From: Mobula hypostoma
Lineage: Eukaryota
Assembly (NCBI RefSeq): GCF_963921235.1
Contig: NC_086109.1
Location: 3,288,001-3,352,000 of the forward strand
Direction of reading: 5' to 3'
DNA length: 64,000 nucleotides
Positions 37,140 to 49,516 of the stretch are shown here, one piece after another. Position 1 is the stretch's first letter. Every line of letters begins with the position of its first letter. A program made the position numbers and the translations under genes. The notes under the pieces are model-generated. The model ran no database searches. It had not been told where the DNA came from and saw nothing but the letters and a program-made list of their open reading frames with translations.

Positions 37140-37430
37140 TACAGTCTGTCCCGAGCCTTGTGGCCCATCAGGCCGGTACTTATGCCGGTTTCTGTGGCAT
37201 GAAGCGACTGAGAGTACCAGACTCCACCCCCCCCCACCCCCAGATAGGACGCCAATCTATCGCGAGGTTAACCCCCAGCATTAGCCGGTACCCATTTTCA
37301 TCTGGGTGGACTGCAGCAGTGTGTGGTTAAGTGCCTTGCTCAAAGACGCGATACATTGCCTTGGCCGAGACTCAAACCCACGACCTTCAGATCGTGAGCT
37401 CAATGCCCTAACCACTTGGCCACGTGCCAC
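37140..37430 (-). mobile_element. tRNA-derived SINE
   Basis: Minus strand: A box TGGCCAAGTGG, B box GGTTTGAGTC, TTGAGCAAGGCACTTAACCACAC, then GTCCACCCAGATGAAAATGGGTACC body. Confidence 0.75.
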
Positions 37431-39919
37431 ACATGATGTCTTCCATAACAGACTATGAATTCTTTACTTTGTTCATTAACTAGGTTGAAAAAAGATTTTA
37501 GAATTATTAGTTATTGTCCTCAATACAAACATGTTGTTTATTGTTTTGAAGCCCACTTGTAAACCTTATGAAGGACAGAAGAACCTGAACCTGAGGCGAA
37601 GACTAAAGAAGATCATCTGCCTCCTCGTGACGCTTCATCGTTCAGTAAGGTCGTGGTTGTATGTTATTTTCTTGCACAAGCCCTCTCCCCAATTTCCTTA
37701 CCATCCAACACTCTATCAGTCTCCAACTGAACTTACTCAACACTTGAGTCTCCAAAACCTCATTGGGTAATGACTTCCAAAGAAATCCCTTTGAGGAAAC
37801 AGATCCCTCCTCAGCTACATCTGAGAGGGCGGTACCTTCTCTTCAAGCTGGGCTCATAAGGGTAAACATCCTCCCAGCATCCACCCTGTCACACCTCTTA
37901 AAATCATATATCCAAATGAGCACCCTACCCAAAATCATTCTGCATCTTATCCCCAGGAGTTGCCCTGGTGAACCTCCAATGCAAGGATATCCTTTCTTAA
38001 AATGGAAACCAAAATTGTACACTGCATTGTAGGTGTGATGTCATTAAAACCATATCGGGTTGTATCAGAACTTCCCTGTTTAATGTTCCAGTCTCCTTGT
38101 AATAAGGGTCAATTAGTTTGTTATTTATTTGCTGCACCTGCTTGGTAACTTTATATCCCAGACACTGGATCCCTTTGCAATGCAAAATTAGTTTGGTGAT
38201 TTACACAATAATTTCCATTTGCCCTTATAACCTCACACTTTCCCAAATTGTACTCCATCTGCCAACTTCTTGCTCACTTACTGAACCCATCACTATCCCT
38301 CTTTACAAGCTACTAATCCCTGTTGTCTTTTAACAGCATTTGAATCCCTTCCTCCAAGTCATCAATACAGATGAGACCCCAGCACTGATTCATCTGGCTT
38401 TGAATCGGTGACTGGTTGCCAGGTTGAAAATGATTCATAGCAGTACTCACAAAATGCTGGAGGAACTCAGCAGGTCAGACAGCATCTATGAACTAGATTA
38501 AGCAGTTGATGTTTTGGCTGAGACACTTCAAAGATTCAAAAAATTCCTCTGAGTTCCTTCAGCGTTTTGTGTGTGTTGTTCTGAATTTCCAGTATCTGCT
38601 GAATCTCTTGCATTTGTGACCTGTTTCTGTTAGTTAGCCCATCACCTATCCAAAATATTTTATTAACGCCAAGCCCATGTGTATATGACATTCATATACA
38701 ACACTTGTACTGGTTTCCTATTTTCAATCCTGCAAAATTCTAATAACTTTGTCAAAGTGCTTTTCCTTTCATAAACCTACATACCATAGATTCTACTTGT
38801 CTCCCTAATAATAGATCCCAACACTTTCCCAGTGACTGATGTCAGGCTATCGGACGTTCTGACAGAGTCCTAACTTTTGTTCTCCTTCTTTTTTGAATAT
38901 TGATGTTACAATTTTCCAATCCACTGGAATCTCGCCAGGATCCAGGGAATGTTTATAGATGATTATCATCTCATCTATTATTTCTCCAACTACTTCCTTT
39001 CCAACCTGAGAATACAGAAATCAACGTCCAAATCCAAGGAACCTTTATCCCCCATAAGTTTGCCTCATGCTTTGTTCCTGGTGATAGGGATAATTTCAGA
39101 CCCTGTCCCTGAGGTCCTCTGGGCAGGCACCATTCCCATGAAGAATACTGAGTATTCTGACAGCAAGGTTATTCCTTAAGACCATAAGATATAAGAATAG
39201 ACATTCAAATTTATTGTCAAAGTATGTGTACAATATACAACCTTGAGATTTATATTCTTGCAGGCACCCACAAAACAAAGAAACATAATTGAATCCACTA
39301 AAAACCAAACACAACATAAATGGACAAACATCCAATATGAAAAAGAGCACCAATCATGCAAAGAGTAAAGTGAAGTAAACAACAAATATATAGAACAGAG
39401 TCCCCGACAATGAGTCTACAGGCTGCAAAGTCAGTTCAGTGCTGAGGCGAGTGAAGCCGGTCCAGGAGTCTGATGGATGCATGGCAACAACTGGTGACAT
39501 GGGACCCAAGACTCCTGCACCTCCCGCCCAATGGTAGTAGTGAAAAGAGAGGGAGATGGATGAGACACAAACAGACAGCTCTGAACGTCAGTTCGTTTTT
39601 GTTTTCCACTCTTGGTCCTCAGCGTTCTAATCGGCGCAGAGTAATGGAGCTGAGCACGAGTTTATTTTCTGTTCTCGGCCGCGACGCAGCATCCGCCCCC
39701 CGTGATAGCTGCCCCGGCCATCCCTGCATTCTCAAAGTTCGAGTTTACTGTACCCTTCAGGAGATTGTACAATTACGCATTCATTTAGACAGTTCAAAAG
39801 TACATGTCATAAAGAGAAATTACAGGCTGTAGATTGCAGTGATCATAGTTCAGAGGAAGTATATCTTGTAGAGTATCTACTAGCTTTGTATCCTTCCCAC
39901 AAATATCACCGTACGAACC

Positions 39920-40280
39920 ATCTAGGAAGCAAATACATTTTCCTTCCCAACCCCATTCTCTTTCCTTCCCCATGTAACCTTGGACAGCCTTCCCCAAGAC
40001 TTAGTCTCCATAGGTTCCTGTGACAGTGTATTCCACAGATTCACCACCCTCTGGCTAAAGTAATTCCTGCTCATATTTGTTCTAAGGAAGGTCTCTCTAC
40101 CCTGAGGCTTTGCCCTCTGGTCCTAGCTCACTCACTATAGGAAACATCCCCTCACATCCACTCCCTCCAGGCCTTTCAATAATCAATAGGTTTCAATGAG
40201 ATCCCCCACTCTCCCCACCCACCTCATTCTTCTAAACTGAGGCCAGTACAGGCCCAGAGCCATCAAACACACCTTACACC
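39920..40280 (-). mobile_element. CR1 LINE 3' fragment
   Basis: TTCCACAGATTCACCACCCTCTGGCTAAA etc., homologous to the other CR1 3' ends in the window. Confidence 0.75.
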
Positions 40281-40354
40281 AGGGTGGGGCAGTCTCGTGC
40301 ACTCTGCACCCACAGACCATTGAGTGTTGCCGGGGCAATCATGAATTCTAACCA

Positions 40355-40948
40355 TCTTCATCATCATCATTATGTGCCGTATCCTATGACATCATCATTA
40401 TGTGCCATGGCGTATGAAGTGGGCGATCGTGGTCTTTCCATAGCCATGATTGTTCTTGGCAAATTATTTTCTACCGAAGTAGTTTGCCACTGCCTTCTTC
40501 TGGTCAGTGTCTTTACACGACAGGTGACCCCAGCTGTTAGACATAGAACATAGAAAATCTACAGTACATTACAGGCCCTTCAGCCCATAATGTTGTGCTG
40601 ACTATGTAACCTACTCTAGAAACTGCCTAGAATTTCCGTACCACATAACCCTCTATTTTCCTAAGCTCTAAATACATATCCAAGAGTCTCTTTAAAGACC
40701 CTATCAGATTTTTGATTATCAGTGCTCCTCAGAGATTGTCTGCCTGGCATCAGTGGTCGCATAACCAGGACTTGTGATGCGCACCAGCTGCTTATACGAC
40801 CATCCACCACCTGATCCCACGATTTCACGTGACCCTGATCGGAGGGCTAAGCAGGCATTACACCCTGCCCAAGGGCGACATGCAGGCTAGCGGAGGGAAG
40901 GAGCACCCTGCACCTCCTTTGGTAGAGATGTAACTCCACTCCCGCCAA
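40355..40948 (-). mobile_element. RTE-related SINE family A with a nested CR1 3' fragment (about 40541-40705)
   Basis: Homology to 7921-8285; (TCA)n tail at the left; insert begins ACATAGAACATAGAA. Confidence 0.75.
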
Positions 40949-43084
40949 CAAAATGGATCCTAAACACACATTAACTCTGAAAGAGCACGGCCACTTTTCT
41001 AAGCTGAAGTGTTCTGGTCACTGTACCTGCTATCAGCAAGCTCAATCCATTCAGTTCTGCGTCAACAGCAAACACACCAGCCTTGGAGAAGCTGGACAAA
41101 TTCCAGAAAGTTTTTTCAAGCATTCTATCAGTTGCTTGGAATAGAATATCACAGCCTCATAGAAAATAATCTTCAGAATTTCTCATTTCAGACTTTCCAT
41201 TATGTACCCAGAAAGTCGTACAATAGAAATCCATTTGCTGTGTAGATATTATGTTGCATGCTTGGCATTAAGACTCAATGTGCTGTGATGCTTTGCCCTG
41301 CAGCCTTGGTAGGGCAGAGTGCCTTTTGTTGCCTTATTCATAACAGAACTCAGCCTTAAACTAAAACACCGTTCCTATTTTTAGATTTTTTACATCTGTA
41401 TTAAACTCCATTGTAAAGGGCTTTCGTAATAACCTTACGAAAGCTGTTTTCTTTCCAAGCTAAATTTAAATGTGTTGCAGCTCTCTGCTTTGTGCTGATG
41501 TTCTTACTACAGCAGCTTGTTAACACACTTGGCTGAGTTTGATATTTTCACAAATGGTTGAAAATTGACATGTATTTGTTTGAAAATGGATTACCTCTCT
41601 AATGTTCATTAAAGGTATAATTCCTTGTTTTTTCCCCTCTCTGTCTGCTATTGAATCATAGAATTGTCGAGGACTACAGCAAAGATACAGCTGCTTTGGC
41701 TCAACCAGTTTAGTTTTGACCATGGTGCCCTTTCACGTCCCAATTTCCTGCATTTGGTCCATAAATGTCTAAGGTCCACCCCTCCATGGACCTATCCAAA
41801 TGCTTATTAAATAATACCTCACACATCAGCCAAGCTGGAGCACTGGAAAAGAACTCCAGGGGCTGTCTCTTTCCCACAGTCTGGGGTTTCACACGAAGGT
41901 GTCGCCCCATGGGTGATTGTCTCAGATCTTTCTCTTGCAATCGCAAGACCCTGTTGGACGTTGATAGTGTAAGATGCCACAGGCCTGTTTGCTGGTGAGA
42001 CAGGCGGTGTGGGAGTTGCACAGCCTCGGTTGTAGCGAGGACTAGGCCTCCAGCCGCGGGCTTGCCTGCTGCTACAGTCAGGGTAAGGAGATGCTGGAGG
42101 CAGTATAGTGCGGCGTCTGTGCTCAGCTGAGGGCTGATTTGATTTGAAGGAATCGGTAGTCCTGCTGTAACAGCCCATGTGTCACCAGCTCCTTCACCTG
42201 TACGATGGGCGTTACAATTCGCAAGGTTCACACGTTACAGCTGCCTGACTTTCGGAAAGGGTAACTTGGCTTTCAATCTGCCTTGAATCCTCTCAGCTGG
42301 ACTCTTTAACCCAGTGTGCATCAGTCATCCTATCACAGAGGGCAGCTATTCCACCCTTCCAGTTAATGTCACTTCTCTGTAGAACAAACCTTTCATTCCC
42401 TCTCTTAGATTTCCAGTGTTCTGCAAGTTTAATTCCCTCACAAACCTATCAACACACCTTTTGTAGTCATTAATCATCTCCACTTCCACTACCGATTTAG
42501 GCAGTAACTTTCAGGTGATTACCGCTCATTATTTAGAACCTTCTTTCTCACCTGCCCCACAGGGGTCTCCTCACCGTGTCAGCTGTAGAAAGCTGGATTT
42601 CTTGGCCTACTTTTAGTCAGACTCTTAAGAATCTCATCCACCTCTGCCAAATCTCACTTGACTTCATGCCAGAAGAGCAGCCCCAGCTTCTCCAGCTTAA
42701 CCTTGTTACTACAATCCCTCACCGCTGAATTCTTCTCTGTCGCCCCTTCTGACCTTACAGTGTGGTCACCAGAACTGCCACAGCTCCTGTGGTGGGCTGA
42801 CAAGAGCTTCAAGGAGGGTCACAAAAACTTCTCTGTGTTCGTACTCTAACTCGATGCTGCCGACTGACACGGTCCAGGCTGTGGGAGGCCACGATGAGGG
42901 ATGCACAGGAGCTTGATGCAGACAGCGCTGACACTCTGTGGGGAATGACCACAGTTTGGAATCCTTCTGATCTTGGGTGTGAAGGGGCTGAGTCAGGTGG
43001 GGAAGTCCCCACAAGTCACAAGAGTGGGAATGCTACTGCAGTTTAAAAAATAAGTTAACACTACTGAATTTAGCGACCACAGAG

Positions 43085-44620
43085 TCATAAAACACAACTG
43101 CACGTAAGTGGCCCCTTGGCCCTTCAAGTCCGTGGCGAACTATTTGTATTTACTGTATCTACAACCCTCATTATTTTGTAAACCTCTATTAAATCTCGCC
43201 TCTTTCTTCTACATTCTGGGGAATAAAACCCGAACCTATAACTTTTCCCTATAACCCAGGCCCTTGCATTCTGGCAACATTCTTGAAAATGTTCTCTGCA
43301 CTCTTTCAAACTTATTTACATCTTTCCTGTAGGTTGGTGACCAAAACAGTACACTAAACTCCTAATTAGGCCACCACAACATCTTATACAATTTCAACAT
43401 AACTTCCCAACTCTTGTACTCAATACTTAGATTTATGAAGGCCCATGTGCCAAAAACTTTCTTAACAACCCTATTTATCTTTGATGTCACTTTCAAGTTA
43501 CGATGGATTGGTGTTCCCCGATCCCTTTGTTCTATCGCTATCTTCAGTGCCCTACCATTCACTGTGTAAGACCTACCCTGACTGGTCCTTCCAAAGTGCT
43601 AACACATCACAATTGTCTGCATTAAATTTCATCTGCCAATTTTTAGCCCATTTTTGCAGCTGGTCCAGATCCTACTTTGACAGTCTTCCTCACTCTGCAC
43701 TACACCCCCAGTCTTGGTGTTATTCACAAATTTGCTGATCCAGTTTACTACATTATCATCCAGATCATTGACATAGATGGCTAACAACAAACACTAATCC
43801 CTGCGGCATTCCACTAGTCACAGGCCTCCAATCAGAGAGCCAGCCATTCGGTTTATCCCGTGAAGCCAATGACTAATCCAATTTACTGCCTCATCTTGAA
43901 TGCCAACTGACTGACCCTTCTTTACCAAGCTCTCATGTGCGAACGTGTCAAATGATTACTAAAGTCCATGTGGGCCTTCACTGCCTTGCCTTCATCAACT
44001 TGCCTGGTAAGTTCCTCGAAAACCTCTATTAGTTGGACATGACCTACCACACGCAAAGCCATGTTGAATAACCCTGTAGATCCAAATACTTAAGATATCT
44101 GGTCCTGGAGAACACCTTCCAACAAATTACCCACTACTGAAGTCAGGCTCACCAGCCTACAATTTCCTGGCTTATTCTTAGGGCCTTTCTTAAACAATGG
44201 AACAACATTAGCTGTTCTTCAATCCTCCAGCAGCCCACCCATAACTAAGGATGTTTTAAATATCTCTGTTAGGGCCCCAAAAATTTCCACACTAGCTTTG
44301 CACAGAGCCCAAGGGAACACCTTGTCAGGCCCTGGGGATTTATCCACCCTGATTTTTCTCAAGGCAGAAAACACTTCCTCCTCTGTAATCTGTCTACGGT
44401 CCATGACTTTGCTGCTGAATTGCCTCATTTCTACAGACTCTTGTGTCTGACTAGTAAGTAAATACAGATGTAAAAAATCAGTTTAAGGTCTTCCCCGTCT
44501 CTTTTGCTTCCAGGCATAGATGACCACTCTGATCTTCCAATGGATTAATTTTGCTCCTTGCTATCCTTTTGCTTTTAGTATATCTGTAGAAGCCCTTGAG
44601 ATTTTCCTTCACCTTGTTTC
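43085..44620 (-). mobile_element. Degenerate CR1 LINE ORF2
   Basis: ITEEEVFSALRKIRVDKSPGPDKVFP; KKVFGTWAFINLSIEYKSWEVMLKLYKML; RRDLIEVYKIM. Confidence 0.88.
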
Positions 44621-45529
44621 TTCTTTTCTATATTTCTTATTGTGATTTAGATTTACTTTTAAATTTTAAAAAACCTCAGCACCTCAATTTCTGAAGCTCA
44701 TGGTGTAAACTGTCATCTTCACAAACTCTTCAAGCCCCAAAAATCATATTGGTCCTCACAGCCTTTCACCTCTGCACTTTCCACTTTGCCTTGTTTCATC
44801 ATAGAGCCACAGGGTCATAGAGCACTACTGCACAGAAACAGGCCCTTCAGCCCTTTGACGATGCCCCACATGTTAAGCTTCCAGAAGGTTAAGATACTGT
44901 GACCAAAGGTAAGCTGGCCAATTGAATCCAAATTTGGCTTGGTTATAAAGTAAGAGGGTGGTAGCTCAGGGTTTTCCTGATTGGAAGTTTGTGTCTCAAG
45001 AAGTACCATGGCATTTGGTGCTGGGACTCCTCTGTCTGTGATATATATCAAGAGTTTGGTGGTTTTCTGGAAAATGAGGAAGGTGTCTAATGCTTCATCA
45101 GGATGTAGATCAGTTAAAAAGTTGGCGGATGGAACCTAATCCAAACAAGTGCAGAGTAATGCACTTTGGAAGTCAAGTAAGTCAGGAGATCTGCTGTAAG
45201 TGATAGGCTCTGAGGAATATCATAAATATTTAACATTCTAAATGTGATTAATTTATAAACCATTGACTGTTTTAGAATCTGGAATGTAGCCAGGGACAAC
45301 ATATTCAAAATCTTGTGATAGTTTTGACTGGTGGCTGACCTCAGTCCAAGTCTTTCCACTGGTGCCACCTACAGGTGGGAGGCCTGTGGCTGCAGCCCCT
45401 CACTGATCAGTGGGAGCTACTCACTGCTGTCTGCAAAACCCAGCAGGTGGCCACTGCTCCCAGGAAATTCCAGGCCATCATTCAACTTTATACCAAGTTC
45501 CCAACAATAATTAAAATAAGATTATATGG

Positions 45530-47360
45530 GCATAAGACACAAGGGCAGCTTTAGGCCATTCGGCCCATCGAGTCTGCTCCGCCATTCCATCATGGCTGAT
45601 TTATTATCCCTCTCAACCCCATTCTCCTGCCTTCTCCCCATAACTTTTGATGCCCTGACTAATCAAGAATCTACCACCCTCCACTTTAAATATACCCAAT
45701 GACTTACCCTCCACAGCCGTCTGTGGCAATGAATTCCACAGATTCATTCATCCTCACCTTTGTTTTAAATGGATGATCTGTTCTGAGGCTGTGTCCTATG
45801 GTCCTAGACACCTCCACTATAGGAAATATCGTCTCCGCATCCACTCTACGTCAGCTTTTCAACGTTCGATAGATTTCAATGAGATCCCTCCTCATTCTTC
45901 TATCCTCCGGCGAGTACAGGTCCAGAGCCATGAAACAGTACTCAAACATTAATTCTCTCATTCCTAGAATCATTCTCGTGAACCTTCTCTGGACCCTCTC
46001 CAATGCTAGTACATTTTTCTAAGATAAGGGGTTCAAAGTTGCTCATAATACTCGCAAACCTGACCAGTGGTGTTTAGAGCCTCAGCGTTGCAAGCACCAC
46101 GCACAAGATGCTGGAGGAACTCAGCAGGCCAGGCAGCATCTATGGAGAAGAGTGCAGTCGATGGTTCAGGCCAAGGCCTTACATGCTTGCTTTCATATTC
46201 TAGACCTCCCAAAATGAATGCTAATACTGTATTTACCTTCCTTACTACCAACTAAACTTGAAAGTTAGCCCTTTGGGGGATCTTGCACAAGGACTCCCAA
46301 TTCCCTTTGCACCTCTGATTTCTGAATTTACTTTCCATTTAGAAAACAGTCCATGCCTTTATTCCTTCTACCAAAGTGCATGACCATACACTTCCCTACA
46401 CTCTGCTCCATCGATCACTACTTTGCCCATTCTCCTAGTATGTCCAAGCCCTTCTGAAGTCTCCCTGCCTCCTCAACACTATCTTCCCTTCCACCTATCT
46501 TTGTATCATCTGCAAATGTGGCCACAAATCCATCCATTCGGTCTTCCAAATTACTAACATATAATGTGAAAAGAAGTAGTCCTTACACCAAACCCTGCAG
46601 AACACCACTAGTCACCAGGAAAGGCCTCCTCTACTCCCACTCTTTGCCTCCTGCCAATCAGCCAATGCTCTATCCATGTTACCACAGGCTTTTGTCTTGC
46701 TAAGCAGCCTCATGTGTGGCACCTTGACCAAGGCCTTCTGACAATCCAGCAAAACAACATCCACAGACTCTCCTTTGTCTATACTGTCTGTTATTTCCTC
46801 AGAGAATTCCAACAGATTTGTTAGGCAAGGTTCCTTGAGGAAACCATGCTGACTTTGGCCTACTTTATCATGTACCTCCAAGTACCCTGAAATGTCATCC
46901 TTAATAATGGATTCTAACATCTTCACAACCACGGAAGTCAGACTAACTGGCCTACAATTTATTTTCTTCTATTCCCCCTCCCTTCTTGGAGATTGTGGTG
47001 GCATTTGCAATTTTCCAGTCCTCTAGAACCATTCCAGAATCTAGTGATTCTTGAAAGATCATTTCTAGTGCTTCCACAATCTCTGCAGCTACCTTTTTCA
47101 GAAGGTAGTCCATCTGGTCCAGGTGACTTATCTACCTTTAAACCTTTCAGCTTCCCAACCACCTCTTCCTTAGTAATAGCAACTCTGCTCACTTCTGCCA
47201 CATAAACACTCTTGAATGTCTGGCACACTTCCAGAGTGACACAAATATTTACTAAGCTTGTCTACCATTTCTTTATCCACCATTACAGCCTCTGCAGAAG
47301 TCCAATATCCACTCTCACCTCTCTTTTACTCTTTATACAGCTGAAAAACCTTTTGACAAA
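45530..47360 (-). mobile_element. Degenerate CR1 LINE ORF2 with a Penelope terminal fragment inserted at about 46095-46175
   Basis: KLKGLKVDKSPGPDGL; SQHGFLKEPCLTNLLEFSEEITDSIDKGESVDVVLLDCQKALVKVPH. Confidence 0.9.
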
Positions 47361-47699
47361 AACCGGGATTCCATGGTTTTAGAAGCGAAAATTTTATCCT
47401 GGGGTGACTGTTTCAAGGTAATTAGGTCAACATTTTGTTGAATATTCCCTCACACTTTTATTCTTCATTCACTGTATCTGGACATTGTTGATTGAACCAA
47501 TGCTTATTGCCCCAGTAGAGCTTGCTGGGGCATTCAGGGGGCAATGAGGAGTCAAAATGGATCTGGATTTACACAGAGATATAAAGCAGAGGAGGATGTG
47601 GATTTCCGAATCTAAAGAACATTAGTCAATCAGAAAGGTTTTTATGATGGACCACTGGTTTTCTTGGCTATCCGACAGAAAGAAGTCCTTTATTTCACA

Positions 47700-47929
47700 A
47701 CAAAAGCACACACACACAAATTGCTGGAGCAACTCAGCAAGCCGGGTAACATCTATGGACAAGAGTACCGTCGACGTTTCGGGCTGAGACCATTCATCAG
47801 GACTCATGAAGGGTCTTGGCCCGAAATGTCGACAGTGCTCTTTTCCATAGATGCTACCTGGACTGCTGAATTCCTCCAGCTATTTGTGTGAACTGACTGG
47901 GATTTGCAGCATCTGCAGATTTTCTCTTG
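47700..47929. mobile_element. Palindromic Penelope-derived element (two inverted pLTR halves) with hammerhead motifs at the centre
   Basis: 47715-47800 is the imperfect reverse complement of 47806-47890; flanked by TTTATT(T/C)CACA. Confidence 0.8.
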
Positions 47930-48669
47930 TTTATTCCACAGATTGAATTCACTAAATGTGAAGGTGATGGGTCATGACTACAGGTCAATAGTCTAAGTAT
48001 TGGCCAGACAACTGTTTCAGTGACAACCACAATGTTCCTGCAACATGGGGAACTGCCTGGGATGTGATGCAGCTTCTTGCTGATCGACTTGTCAATCCCA
48101 TGTCCCGTGCCGGAGAGGAGGGCAACTTGTACTCGATGTCCTGAAATCCATCACCGACTGCTCCGGCTGGAGTTGGCTGTCTGGTTTACTCTGGGATGCT
48201 GATGAGTGTCGACAGATTCACCTTATTCTTTCAGAAAAATCTGGGTCAATAGCGGTAACATTAAAAAGATCTGATAAATCACTGGTAAATATACAAAATG
48301 TCAGGAGAGATTCCCATAAGCAGCTTTATATCAAGAATGAAGGTTGCAGATGTTGAAAGAAAATTATTTGGATGGTGTGAAAGTAATGGCGTTTTAGAAG
48401 GCAACTAATGAACAATCTTATTGATATCTTCAGTGGGGCAGTCAATCAGGAAGATGCTTTGTACAGCTCCATCAGGCACGTATATAAACCTGCCCTGACA
48501 ACCTCCCATCTACAGGAAAAATTGCACAAACTTCTATAGAATAAACACACCATTTGATAAATTATCTCTCCAGCACCATTTGTCTTCTTTTTTTATAAAA
48601 CAGCAATGGTTTCCATGGCTTTTTTTTCTAAAATAATACAGAAACCAGGGTCAAGATAAAAGGTGACCT

Positions 48670-48671
<2 letters not shown>

Positions 48672-48713
<42 letters not shown>

Positions 48714-48721
48714 TGTGTGTG
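48672..48721. repeat. (TG)n microsatellite
   Basis: Directly visible. Confidence 0.95.
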
Positions 48722-49516
48722 ACCATCTAATGTTGCCTTTACTTTCCAAATGCTTTCACTTTCCACCTCATTGATCTCAGCATACCAGGGAAGAGTTTTT
48801 AATTGAAAATTTTATGACATTCACCCAGTTGTCAGTCTCTGAGTACTGCCCTTCCATAATCTTTGCTGAACCATCCCTAATAAAGACTTGTTTCTACTTG
48901 TTCTAATTCAGAACCTTGGGACATCCACGATGCCAACGATGTGTACTTCTGGCTGGTGTAATGAGAAGAAGTGGAGAAGCCCAAGGGACATGCGATGAAA
49001 TCTGCGGGGAACTGACCACTGAGCCTGGTATGTTGGTTCACAACTGGCCAAAGTCTCGTTGAAATCTTGACTGCTGGAAAGTGCAGTAGTGATCAATGCC
49101 CAGGCAACGGGCACTAATGTATTGGAATGGATTTTCAGATTCAGGTTCAACTATTTATCACGCGCACATTGAAACTTTGCTGGCCGGTGGCATCAGCGCG
49201 GGATTTCAAAGCGAATGGTCCCAAGTTCGACCCCGTTGGCTCCTTGCACGCTTTCCATCCATGCTGGGTTGTGTCCAGCTAGCAACTCGGCCTCATAAAA
49301 AAAATCAAATACTACAGAAATGGCAAAAATGCCGCCCAATGCGCCACAAGGCGCAATAAAGAATGATACTAGTACATTGAAACATACAGTGAAATGCATT
49401 GTTTGAATTAACAACAATGACTATATAAACTAACGGCTATATAACCTCAAAGAATATTTGTGTGTGGTAGAGACAGAGTCAGAGGGTGTAAGAGTACTGT
49501 AAGTGAGTTGTGAACA

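Noticed and set aside
37340..37430. tRNA gene
   Set aside because: A/B boxes continue into a SINE body with no complete cloverleaf; the same applies at 8780-8860
41880..42260. Exon-like CpG-rich segment with AG/GT boundaries and minus-strand ORFs of 173 and 119 aa
   Set aside because: Plus frames contain stops, the peptides are unrecognised, and GTCCAACAGGGTCTT is shared with 54692-54706, suggesting an interspersed repeat
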